Both the position numbers and the translations under genes were made by a program. 64,000 bases of DNA from Candidatus Latescibacterota bacterium (lineage in GTDB: Bacteria; Latescibacterota; UBA2968; GCA-2709665). Below, one piece after another: positions 40,776-48,857 of this stretch (position 1 is the stretch's first letter; each line of letters begins with the position of its first letter). The notes beneath the pieces are model-generated. The model had not been told where the DNA came from. It did no database searches and saw only the letters and a list, made by a program, of their open reading frames with translations. Location of the stretch: assembly GCA_965116875.1 (NCBI GenBank), contig OZ220733.1, positions 2,464,001 to 2,528,000 of the forward strand, read 5' to 3'.

Positions 40776-40856
40776 CGGCACCAAAGTTCACTTTCGTCTT
40801 CGTGGGTCCGGGGTGTGATGCTCACTCGTAATTTTCGCCACAACACCAACGTCCAT

Positions 40857-41066
40857 TCAGAATACAACAAATCTCATCACCAGCATAGTCACCAGAATTA
40901 CAATTCCAAGACTACACAGGAGACTCCACAAGAATTGGATCCACTTTCCCCATTTCTTGTGTCGAAAAACGCTGTACCAGAACGTAATCGTCAATCCGAC
41001 CAAAGCAATAAGGCTGATCCCAAATAGCTTTAACAATTCAAAGGTATGGAACATGTATCCACGCAT
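40857..41066 (-). CDS. Small two-TM hypothetical membrane protein
   Basis: 69-aa AT-rich ORF with two hydrophobic helices separated by RHKKWGK. Confidence 0.4.
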   Translation of the reverse strand: MRGYMFHTFELLKLFGISLIALVGLTITFWYSVFRHKKWGKWIQFLWSLLCSLGIVILVTMLVMRFVVF

Positions 41067-41151
41067 AGTAAAGCTCCGAGCATCCCGGAGGGCATGCCCA
41101 TGGATGCTCGCTGGAATTACTCCGTCGTCTTCGGAATCAAGGTGTTCTTAG

Positions 41152-41180
41152 TTGACTCGATCCGGGTAATGGTTTACACT
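41152..41180 (+). promoter_or_regulatory. Sigma70-like promoter TTGACT-N17-TACACT, 5 nt before an ATG
   Basis: TTGACT 41152-41157, TACACT 41175-41180, ATG 41186; no Shine-Dalgarno between them. Confidence 0.6.
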
Positions 41181-41185
41181 GAAAT

Positions 41186-41800
41186 ATGACCGCTCTGTCT
41201 ATACTCATTCTTCTTTTGGAAATGAGTACTGGTGCCAGTGAACATTGGCACCTTACCACGGAGCATTCTCCATTTACCGAAATGGAGGTATTGACAGTTC
41301 GTGGGAGAGTTCACCATGCATATAGTTCCTGGTATGGATCTCCAGCGCCGGGTGATTCACTTTACTGTGTCCTTTTGATTACCCCCACTATGATCGCCAT
41401 TGAATACCCATTGGAAAGGCTTCCTCGCTGGAGTGAATCAAACACCTTTCATCAAGATATGGTGGTTTTATTTAAGGGAAAGAATAGGCGTCCTCAGTTA
41501 ATAGGTACGTTCCGACGGGCTTTTGGTGAAATACATGGTGAACGCAATCTTCTATTGATGGCACCCAAAGATCGGGCAACTTTATTGTGGGCATTATTTC
41601 AAGATAAATTTCAAACAGTCGAGGTGCATTTGCAGACCATCCCTAAACGTAAGGTAGGACAACATCCAAACGAACTTATACGAAATCTGGGTCACGAACA
41701 CTTCAGGTTTAATCTCACAGGTTCGGGGAAGGCTATTCGGCGATTATTTGAGGTCACCAAGACCGATACTGCGATCTATACAACAGTTGATTGGAGGTAG
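41186..41800 (+). CDS. Hypothetical secreted protein (low GC)
   Basis: 204-aa ORF with a hydrophobic N-terminus, directly after a promoter; no recognised family. Confidence 0.6.
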   Translation: MTALSILILLLEMSTGASEHWHLTTEHSPFTEMEVLTVRGRVHHAYSSWYGSPAPGDSLYCVLLITPTMIAIEYPLERLPRWSESNTFHQDMVVLFKGKNRRPQLIGTFRRAFGEIHGERNLLLMAPKDRATLLWALFQDKFQTVEVHLQTIPKRKVGQHPNELIRNLGHEHFRFNLTGSGKAIRRLFEVTKTDTAIYTTVDWR

Positions 41801-41802
41801 AC

Positions 41803-42570
41803 GTGGTTATTTTCCTTTTGGGTGCATTGACCGTTTTTGCACAATCGGGTCACATTACCCATGGCCTTACTCCTGAATCGGGTATCAAAGGACGTGTGAT
41901 TGAAGACTTTCATACCGTTGGAAAATTCGAGGTATTTGAATCACCGACGTCGAAACATCCCATAATAAGATCAGACGGTGAAATCTTACATTGGTATGGG
42001 CGCCCCTTGTGCAAGCTCGGTTATTCGGGCAATTGCACCAGGTTGTTTTTTTTGAAACGAAATGTAGTTGGCGATGCTTCTCTCTGGTTGCCCTACTTTG
42101 AGGAATCGGTGGTCGGGGGACAAACATGGTATCTCATTAAATGGTTTCAACCACCCTCACGTGATACTCGCATAATTAGTCTTCAATTCGGTTGGGTTAG
42201 GGCCGCGGATTTTCCCGAGGCCCAATCCCTGCAGGAGATTATCAAGTCACACAAAGGTATGTTGTGCCTAACCAGAAAATTGGATTATCTGCGATTTTAT
42301 GATGATTTAACCATGGAACCCAGGCTTCTCGCAGCAGAGCCAAAGGTTGTGTGCAATGCCTGGGATTTGCAGGAAAAGGGTTTGTCGAACGAAATAAACG
42401 TGCAAGAGTTCGTCACGTTTCAAGGCGTCGAATTTGTAAAGTTGAAATTGGATATTTATGTTTGTGATCCTTTGAAGAACAATCCAAAATCTCTTATGGC
42501 TGAAGGTTATATCAAGTTTTGGGACGTGGATTATCGACCTAATATCTGGGTGTGTTACATGTCGGATTGA
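41803..42570 (+). CDS. Hypothetical secreted protein (low GC)
   Basis: GTG start after GGAGG, signal-like VIFLLGALTVFA; co-oriented and adjacent to the previous gene. Confidence 0.6.
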   Translation: MVIFLLGALTVFAQSGHITHGLTPESGIKGRVIEDFHTVGKFEVFESPTSKHPIIRSDGEILHWYGRPLCKLGYSGNCTRLFFLKRNVVGDASLWLPYFEESVVGGQTWYLIKWFQPPSRDTRIISLQFGWVRAADFPEAQSLQEIIKSHKGMLCLTRKLDYLRFYDDLTMEPRLLAAEPKVVCNAWDLQEKGLSNEINVQEFVTFQGVEFVKLKLDIYVCDPLKNNPKSLMAEGYIKFWDVDYRPNIWVCYMSD

Positions 42571-42594
42571 TCCGTGATAATAAGTCCATCTGAG

Positions 42595-43893
42595 TTACTC
42601 TGACGGTACCTCTACAATATAAATATCAAAAGTCGTCTCGGGGTTGGAGAGGAAGGCGACTTTCCCGCCATCAGGCGACCAGGCCGGAAAATACTCCGCA
42701 TTCTCGCGATTCGTCAAGCGCTTGACATTCGTACCGTCGGCGTTCATGACGTAAAGTGGGCCATCTCCCACGGCTGAGTAAACGACTCTGGTTCCGTCCG
42801 CCGACCAAGCGGCATCGACCCACAAATCATCCCAGATATCCTGATTAGTCAGGCGAGAAACCTCGCTGCCGTCGGCATACATCACATACATATCGCCATA
42901 GTTTGTACGGGCATTGTCGCGCCTTGACCAGAAGGTGATTCTGGTTCCGTCAGGCGACCACGCAGGCAGAACACTACCTTCGGTATCCGCGGTGAGTTGC
43001 GTAACCGTTGCCGACACAACATCCACTACGGAAATTACAGCGAACTCGTTTTGATTGGAATCGACTCCTATGGACGTATAGGCGATTTTCTTACTGTCGG
43101 GTGACCAGACCGGAATCAGATCCTGGAAAGTATCGATCGTCAGCCGTGTGAGATCTGAGCCTTCCGGATCCGTCACATAGATTTCGAAGTTCCCGTCCTG
43201 GTTAGAAGAAAAGGCGATCCTGGTGCCGTCAGGTGACCAGGACGGGTATAAATCTTCTGCGTCATTATCTGTAAGACGAGTGAGACCTTCACCATTTGCG
43301 CCTGCCTTATAGATCTCGGCATTCCCATCCTGAGCAGAGGAAAAAGCGATCTGATCACCGTCCGGTGACCAGGCGATGGTCGTGTATGATTCGGTATCGA
43401 CTGCAATCGAAGTGGCCAATCTCAAAGAATCACCACCATCCGCATTCATCACCCACAATTCCGGGTCTTCAAAACCGGAAAGATAAGCAATCTTCCGGCC
43501 GTCCGGAGGTGACCACGTGGGATGTAACTCGATGGTCTCGTTATTCGTCAATCGGGTGAGTTCGGCAACACAGGGTTGACCGAACAACCTCGCGAAGGCC
43601 AGAAAGTCGGCCAGATCAATTGAGCCATTCCTGTCCAGATCCATCGCAGCGTTATAGCCCGCCTCTCCCTTCTGACTGCCAAATGCACCGGCCAGCGCAA
43701 GAAAGTCCGCGAAGTCAATCTGACTGTTGTTGTCGAAGTCACCTGGGCAACCGGAAGCCTGGGTTGCGATAGCCAGGATTGCGAAGAAGACAACTGATCT
43801 GAAAAACAAAGAGGTCTCCCCAATAGCAAGCCGGATACATGCCAATATCGCCTGACCTGCAAATAAAAAAGGTAGTTTCCTTACACAAGTCAT
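42595..43893 (-). CDS. TolB-like/PD40 beta-propeller protein with N-terminal EF-hand/dockerin-like domain
   Basis: GDFDNNSQIDFADFL...MDLDRNGSIDLADFLAF duplicated Ca-loop, then repeated RLT...PxWSPDGxxIAF units. Start uncertain. Confidence 0.85.
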   Translation of the reverse strand: MTCVRKLPFLFAGQAILACIRLAIGETSLFFRSVVFFAILAIATQASGCPGDFDNNSQIDFADFLALAGAFGSQKGEAGYNAAMDLDRNGSIDLADFLAFARLFGQPCVAELTRLTNNETIELHPTWSPPDGRKIAYLSGFEDPELWVMNADGGDSLRLATSIAVDTESYTTIAWSPDGDQIAFSSAQDGNAEIYKAGANGEGLTRLTDNDAEDLYPSWSPDGTRIAFSSNQDGNFEIYVTDPEGSDLTRLTIDTFQDLIPVWSPDSKKIAYTSIGVDSNQNEFAVISVVDVVSATVTQLTADTEGSVLPAWSPDGTRITFWSRRDNARTNYGDMYVMYADGSEVSRLTNQDIWDDLWVDAAWSADGTRVVYSAVGDGPLYVMNADGTNVKRLTNRENAEYFPAWSPDGGKVAFLSNPETTFDIYIVEVPSE

Positions 43894-44054
43894 TGTATTA
43901 TATTATGGTTAGACAATTAACCAAACAACAATGATCTTGGAAGAAACTACGATGGAACGTCAAGATAATCATCACGGAGTGTCTTTCGCAAGTATTTCGG
44001 GCGAGCAGATAGAAGCAGCCGTCGTCGGGGGTCTGCCAGCGATCAGAAAACGCT

Positions 44055-44227
44055 ATGCCGAAGGTTAAAAAGCACAGACACGGATCGCCGTGTTGGGTTG
44101 ATCTGGCGACAGTTGATTTGGCCGGGGCGAGGGCGTTCTACGCCGGGTTATTCGGTTGGGAGTACGTGGATGAGGAGATGGGGGAGATGGACATCGGGGT
44201 TTATTCGATGGCGATGCTGGGCGGGTC
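44055..44227 (+). pseudogene. Truncated 5' copy of a VOC/glyoxalase (CFP32-like) gene
   Basis: 173 nt matching 45363-45535 with about 10 mismatches (manual count). HGSPCWVDLAT...FYAGLFGWEY, then similarity stops and a stop follows at 44252. Confidence 0.75.
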
Positions 44228-44294
44228 GACAAGCCGCCTCCCGAGTCCCTGAGCACAACAGCCGGCGGTCGCGCCGGCCGGAAAGGAAGTTGAT

Positions 44295-45236
44295 TTGACA
44301 AACCCTCCAGCCATCTGGGAGATACCCGAGCCGCTGTCCACGGACAGCGTGAAAATGGACGACGACGCCGTCATCGTCCTGAGACGCCACGGGAATCCGG
44401 CGGGTCCCCGGCTTGTCCTCAGTCACGGGAATGGCCTCGCCATCGACCTCTACTTCCCGTTCTGGTCGTTGCTGGCCGCTGGCTTCGACCTGGTGGTTCA
44501 TGACCTCAGGAACCACGGCTGGAACGAAGTCGGAGCCCTGGAGAACCACCGTTTCGATGCGTTTTCCCGCGACCACGACAGCATCTTCGAAGCGATCGAG
44601 AGGCTCTACGGCGAGAAACCCACGGTGGGCGTCTTCCACTCCATTTCTGCCCTGGCGGCCATGCACCTGCCTTCGAGAGGCAGTCAGTACTCCGCGATGG
44701 TACTGTTCGCGCCGCCTCTGTGCAACAAGGGCTCGGGATACAGGGAGTTCGAGCTGCGGGCGATCCGAACGGGTGACATGCTCAGTTGGAGGGCGCCATG
44801 GTTCAGGGCCCGGGAAGAACTCGCCGAACTTCATACCAACCTCCATTACTTCCAGCACGCTGTGCCGGGCGTCCTGGATCTCATTGCCAGGACGACCCTC
44901 AGGGAGTCCGGGACCGGACAGGGTTTCGAGCTCCGATGCCCTCGCGAGTACGAAGCGCAAATCTGGTATGAAGCCTCGCAACCGGCGGTGTCTGTGGACT
45001 TCGGCTCCCTGCGATGTCCCACCAGGATCGTCGGTTCAGATCCCGCCCTGGATCCGAATCGTCCGAAGTTCGACTACAGCGCCGCCACAGGCGTCGACCA
45101 CGAGATCGTGCCCGGAACCACACACTTTCTGCAGCTCGAGAAACCGGAGGAGTGCGCGGCGGTGATGCTGGACTTCCTGAGCCGGCAGGGCTTTGTCGAG
45201 AGTCCGCGATTGACCGCGGGACACGCGCCGACGTGA
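44295..45236 (+). CDS. Alpha/beta fold hydrolase
   Basis: LSHGNG, HDLRNHG, nucleophile region GVFHSISA, GTTHFLQLEKPE. Confidence 0.85.
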   Translation: MTNPPAIWEIPEPLSTDSVKMDDDAVIVLRRHGNPAGPRLVLSHGNGLAIDLYFPFWSLLAAGFDLVVHDLRNHGWNEVGALENHRFDAFSRDHDSIFEAIERLYGEKPTVGVFHSISALAAMHLPSRGSQYSAMVLFAPPLCNKGSGYREFELRAIRTGDMLSWRAPWFRAREELAELHTNLHYFQHAVPGVLDLIARTTLRESGTGQGFELRCPREYEAQIWYEASQPAVSVDFGSLRCPTRIVGSDPALDPNRPKFDYSAATGVDHEIVPGTTHFLQLEKPEECAAVMLDFLSRQGFVESPRLTAGHAPT

Positions 45237-45362
45237 CGCGAAACGTCCACTGCCGAATGATCGGTGGACCCGCAGGAGGCCGTGTTCGGTGTACGTGGTT
45301 GGCCGATGGCGATTGATGATGAAAACCAGGTCGACGAGGTCTGCAAGGAATCAGGAAACGCG

Positions 45363-45822
45363 ATGCCGGAGGTTGAAATGTACAGACACGGAACGCCGTG
45401 CTGGGTTGATCTGGCGACAGTTGATTTGGCCGGAGCGAGGGCGTTCTACGCCGGGCTATTCGGTTGGGAGTACGTGGACGAGGAGATGGGGGAGATGGAC
45501 ATCGGGGTTTATTCGATGGCGATGCCGGGCGGGTCCGCGGCGGCGGCGATTTGTGAGTCGGGTCCAGGGCAGATCCGCTCAGACGGGGCCGCGAAGTGGA
45601 ATCTCTACGTCTCGGTGGATGATGTCGACGCCGTCCTCGGACGGGTGGCGGCGAATGGCGGGGCTGTGCTGGCAGGTTCGAGAGACGTGGATCGCGCGGG
45701 TCGGGTGGCGGTGATCGCGGACCCGACGGGTTGTGTGACGACGCTGTGGGAGCCCGGCGAGTTCGTGGGATGCGGAGTGATGTCGGAGGTGGGCGCGTTT
45801 TCCTGGTGTGAGCATCTGAGCA
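45363..45822 (+). pseudogene. VOC/glyoxalase (CFP32-like, two-domain) gene truncated at the start of its second domain
   Basis: The first VOC domain is complete (GTPCWVDL...WNLYVSVDDVD...IADPTG). The second begins GAFSWCEHLST, then the frame runs into antisense sequence of the convergent gene up to 46004. Confidence 0.7.
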
Positions 45823-45834
45823 CGTACCGGAATC

Positions 45835-46572
45835 TCACGCGTTCCCGTCCGTCAGAATCGACACCACCTGCGGGACGGCCTCTTCCACGCATTCATCCAC
45901 TTTATCGCCTTCCATGGGTGCGGTGTGCGCGCGCAGTTCGATATTCCTGTAACCTGCGACGCCGTCAAGGGTACTCGACCAGGCGCCGGCGCCCGAAGGC
46001 CTGAATCTGGCCTCCAACTCCTTTCGTGGATACTCCCATCGCAGGTCCCTGCCGCGGTAGTGGACCCGGTCCCCGTCCTTCACGTCGTGCATCCGCATCC
46101 TGCGGTGTACACCGAAGTGAATCAGCCTGCGATGCGCGTTGTCCGGCTGCGGTCCGGCCTCCTCCCACGCCTCAATCAGGTAGTTTCCCGTCGCATGCGA
46201 CAGCCTGAAACCGTCACCATCTCGTTCGATCATTGGCACCCTGCCCGCGGCCGTGATGTAGGCGGTGGGGACGCCTCTCAACTCGAACTCCAGCATATCG
46301 TGCAAACTGCACGAACTGGCGCCGCATCAGTCCACCACCCCCATGACAAGCCCGTCGCACTCCGGGACGATCTCCTCCACGAGCTTCTTGGTGCAGACGC
46401 GGTAGGGCGATGACTTTTTCCAGGGTCCCACCACAGTCGCGTCGTACTCCGCCGCGAGCCGCTCACCGACGCCATTGAGAACGGCTCCCGCGGTTCGCTT
46501 TCCCGGATCCAGAAGTCCGATCCTGGCGCCGTTCAGGCGGGTCAGTCGGGATGCGGGTTCGATTCTTGACAC
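45835..46572 (-). CDS. UGSC-family selenoprotein (in-frame UGA at 46327-46329) with an internal Obg C-terminal (OCT)-like insertion, 245 aa
   Basis: GTG start after AAAGGAG. Track ORFs 46327-46572 and 45835-46305 are in one frame and join as ...CDGLVMGVVD-U-CGASSCSLHDMLEFELRGVPTAYIT. The N-terminus LNGARIGLLDPGK and C-terminus EEAVPQVVSILT fit the UGSC family pattern. A hairpin follows the UGA. Confidence 0.82.
46298..46314 (-). promoter_or_regulatory. Bacterial SECIS-like hairpin
   Basis: The mRNA reads UGA-(12 nt)-UCGUGCA-GUU-UGCACGA: a perfect 7-bp stem with G as the first loop base, 20 nt after the UGA. Confidence 0.75.
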
Positions 46573-46808
46573 AGGTTTGCTCCTTTCTGATCTTTACCCT
46601 CGGGTTAACGTCCGCAGTGTCAACGTATTGGGAATGTCGCCGGATTCGGTGCGTCCGAGCGCTCCTGCCCTTGACTCCGGTAATATAGCCAATGATCGAT
46701 CAGGTGTCTGCTACAAGTTTGCGTGATCATTCCCGGCGGATGTGGTCCCCCGCATCGCTCGTCGCCTTTGCGCGACCGTAGAATCCGAGCAAATTCGAGG
46801 AGGTCTTT

Positions 46809-47546
46809 ATGTTGACTGGCAAGCAGGTCCGACAGTTTCGGGAAGACGGCTATCTCGTTTTCGAAGCCCTGATACAGGGCGAGCGACTGGCCTATTACAA
46901 GCGGGTGTTCGATGAACTGGTCGCCAAGGGGAGCGAGTTGACCGAGGAGACGCCGCACTGGTCGCTCGAGTTGGACGAACACGGTAATCCACGGGCGGGT
47001 CTATTGCACAAGGTTCAGGGGGTTTGCGTGGTGGATGCCCGTGTGCTGGAACTGGCACGTGAGTCGGCGATTCTGGACCGCGTGGCCGTATTGACCGGTG
47101 AGAATATCGACGTGTTTGGCACCAAGTTCTTTCCGAAGCTGCCCAACGGCGGCACGTCGACAAGCTGGCATCAGGACAATTACTATTTTGGCACCGATAC
47201 GGACCGGATAATCAGTTGTGGAATCTATCTGGAAGATTCAAACGTGGAGAACGGGTGTCTGCGGGTGGTTCCCGGCAGCCACCGGACGGGAAGGATTGTC
47301 GAACACAGCAGGAATCCGGGCAGACATGGCAGCTGGACACAGGTCGATGAATCGCGGGCCGTGGATCTGGTCATTCCGGCTGGTACGGTCGTTCTGTTTT
47401 CCGCCAATCTCCTGCACGGCGCTTATGATAACCACAGCAATCGCACGCGCTACAGCACGGCCTGGCATTATCTGCCGGAGGAACTCAATCCGGACAGGTT
47501 TCCAAAGGGCGTATACGAAGATCGACACGTGGCGCGTACACATTGA
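46809..47546 (+). CDS. Phytanoyl-CoA dioxygenase (PhyH) family Fe(II)/2OG enzyme
   Basis: FREDGYL, WHQD, NGCLRVVPGSH, LLHGAYDNHSNRTR. Confidence 0.92.
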   Translation: MLTGKQVRQFREDGYLVFEALIQGERLAYYKRVFDELVAKGSELTEETPHWSLELDEHGNPRAGLLHKVQGVCVVDARVLELARESAILDRVAVLTGENIDVFGTKFFPKLPNGGTSTSWHQDNYYFGTDTDRIISCGIYLEDSNVENGCLRVVPGSHRTGRIVEHSRNPGRHGSWTQVDESRAVDLVIPAGTVVLFSANLLHGAYDNHSNRTRYSTAWHYLPEELNPDRFPKGVYEDRHVARTH

Positions 47547-47588
47547 GAAGCGTGGCCGACCGATGCGCCGGGAAGAGTCCTATCTGGG

Positions 47589-48392
47589 TCAGAGCATTTC
47601 CGCAATTTCGTCGAGATACTCTTTAAGGGACAATCCGTGGCTTCTTGCCAAAATCGCCAGCGTGTCGATTCTTGTCCGTTCCCCCTTTTCAATCCTTCGC
47701 ACATGGCGTTCAGAAAGCCCTCGTATATCGGCCTGTATAAGCCCGCACTTCTTGCGCAATTCGGCAACGGCCTCACCGAATCGGAGGTCGTACATCAGTC
47801 TTTCCCGATCCTTTTTCTCACGCCATGTTTCGTCTTTCAGGTAGCGAACAGCATCCAGGTCAATGTGTACATCGACCTCAGGCCAGTGTATATAACTGCC
47901 TTCACTGGAGATGGTAAATGAAGAACGCTGTTGGGATGGAATCCGCTCCAGGGCGGGCATTTCGGCAAAACCCGCTCTGAATAAGGTATGATCACACGCC
48001 ATGACAAAGAGTTCCTCACCTACGACCTGTGCATCGGCAATGAGTTGATCAGGGCATCCAAGGCTCCAAGCCGTTAGCACACGCTTTGGAACATCCTTCG
48101 TCGAATGCACAATAATATGTCGGCTGCTCTTGAGTTTTGCCTCGTAAAGCATCTGCGGCAAAAACTGAGCGTTGCCGTCTTCGCGAACGAATAGGGTTCG
48201 AAGATGGTTCCGCTGATTGGCAGCACGGACAAAATCACTTACCGTAGGAAGATCGGCAACGGAAGTTAATACGAAAATATACCGAGCGTTCACCTCGCTT
48301 TCATCCGGTCTAAAAACGGTGAAAGTGGGCGGAATGATGTCATAGCTAAATTGATCTTGAGCCCAGACAATCATTTCAGCAGTCCTTGCCAT
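47589..48392 (-). CDS. DUF2442-like protein with C-terminal XRE-type HTH (putative antitoxin)
   Basis: FTISSEGSYIHWPEVDVHIDL resembles DUF2442. FGEAVAELRKKCGLIQADIRGLSERHVRRIEKGE is an HTH. Confidence 0.75.
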   Translation of the reverse strand: MARTAEMIVWAQDQFSYDIIPPTFTVFRPDESEVNARYIFVLTSVADLPTVSDFVRAANQRNHLRTLFVREDGNAQFLPQMLYEAKLKSSRHIIVHSTKDVPKRVLTAWSLGCPDQLIADAQVVGEELFVMACDHTLFRAGFAEMPALERIPSQQRSSFTISSEGSYIHWPEVDVHIDLDAVRYLKDETWREKKDRERLMYDLRFGEAVAELRKKCGLIQADIRGLSERHVRRIEKGERTRIDTLAILARSHGLSLKEYLDEIAEML

Positions 48393-48402
48393 TTTTGGCT
48401 CC

Positions 48403-48672
48403 TTATATCACTTTGGTTTCCCACTCGGCATAAAGGGCGTCTCTATGCTGAAGCACCAGACTTAACAGTTCTCTCAGCTCTTTGCTTGAAGGGCCTGATC
48501 CCGACGGGGGAAACTTCACATTAAAAGCCAGTTTCTTGCGTTTACACGCACGAAAAAAGACGCGTATCTCCCATTTGTCCGGTTTGCGAGCGTGAAAATG
48601 AGGAGGTTCGTGATCCGAGGAATTGAACCATAAATCCAGGCCTGCCAATTGAAAGCATTCCAACCTTCCCAA
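48403..48672 (-). CDS. DUF4160-domain protein (putative toxin-antitoxin partner)
   Basis: WFNSSDHEPPHFHA motif, 89 aa, TTG start after AAGGAG, 10 nt upstream of the DUF2442-like gene. Confidence 0.8.
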   Translation of the reverse strand: MGRLECFQLAGLDLWFNSSDHEPPHFHARKPDKWEIRVFFRACKRKKLAFNVKFPPSGSGPSSKELRELLSLVLQHRDALYAEWETKVI

Positions 48673-48857
48673 AAGTTGGCTCCTTGCTCTCTACCAGAGA
48701 ACATATCCAAAACCGGACAATTGTTCAATTATACACAAAATTAACAATGTCCGCCATCTGGCCGCAATGATTTAGTTTGACGGTAGCTGATCGGCTGCCA
48801 TTAAAATCACTGATTCTCAGGTTATCGTTCAATCCGGAACCATGCCGCCGCGGATGT

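Noticed and set aside
40800-44000. Integron cassette array explaining the low-GC orphan genes
   Set aside because: No recurring attC-like RYYYAAC...GTTRRRY palindromes between the genes, and no integrase.
44055-45535. 173-bp repeat pair as a DGR template/variable repeat
   Set aside because: Mismatches are mostly mixed transitions (including T/C), not adenine-specific. The repeat covers a gene 5' end, and no reverse transcriptase is present.
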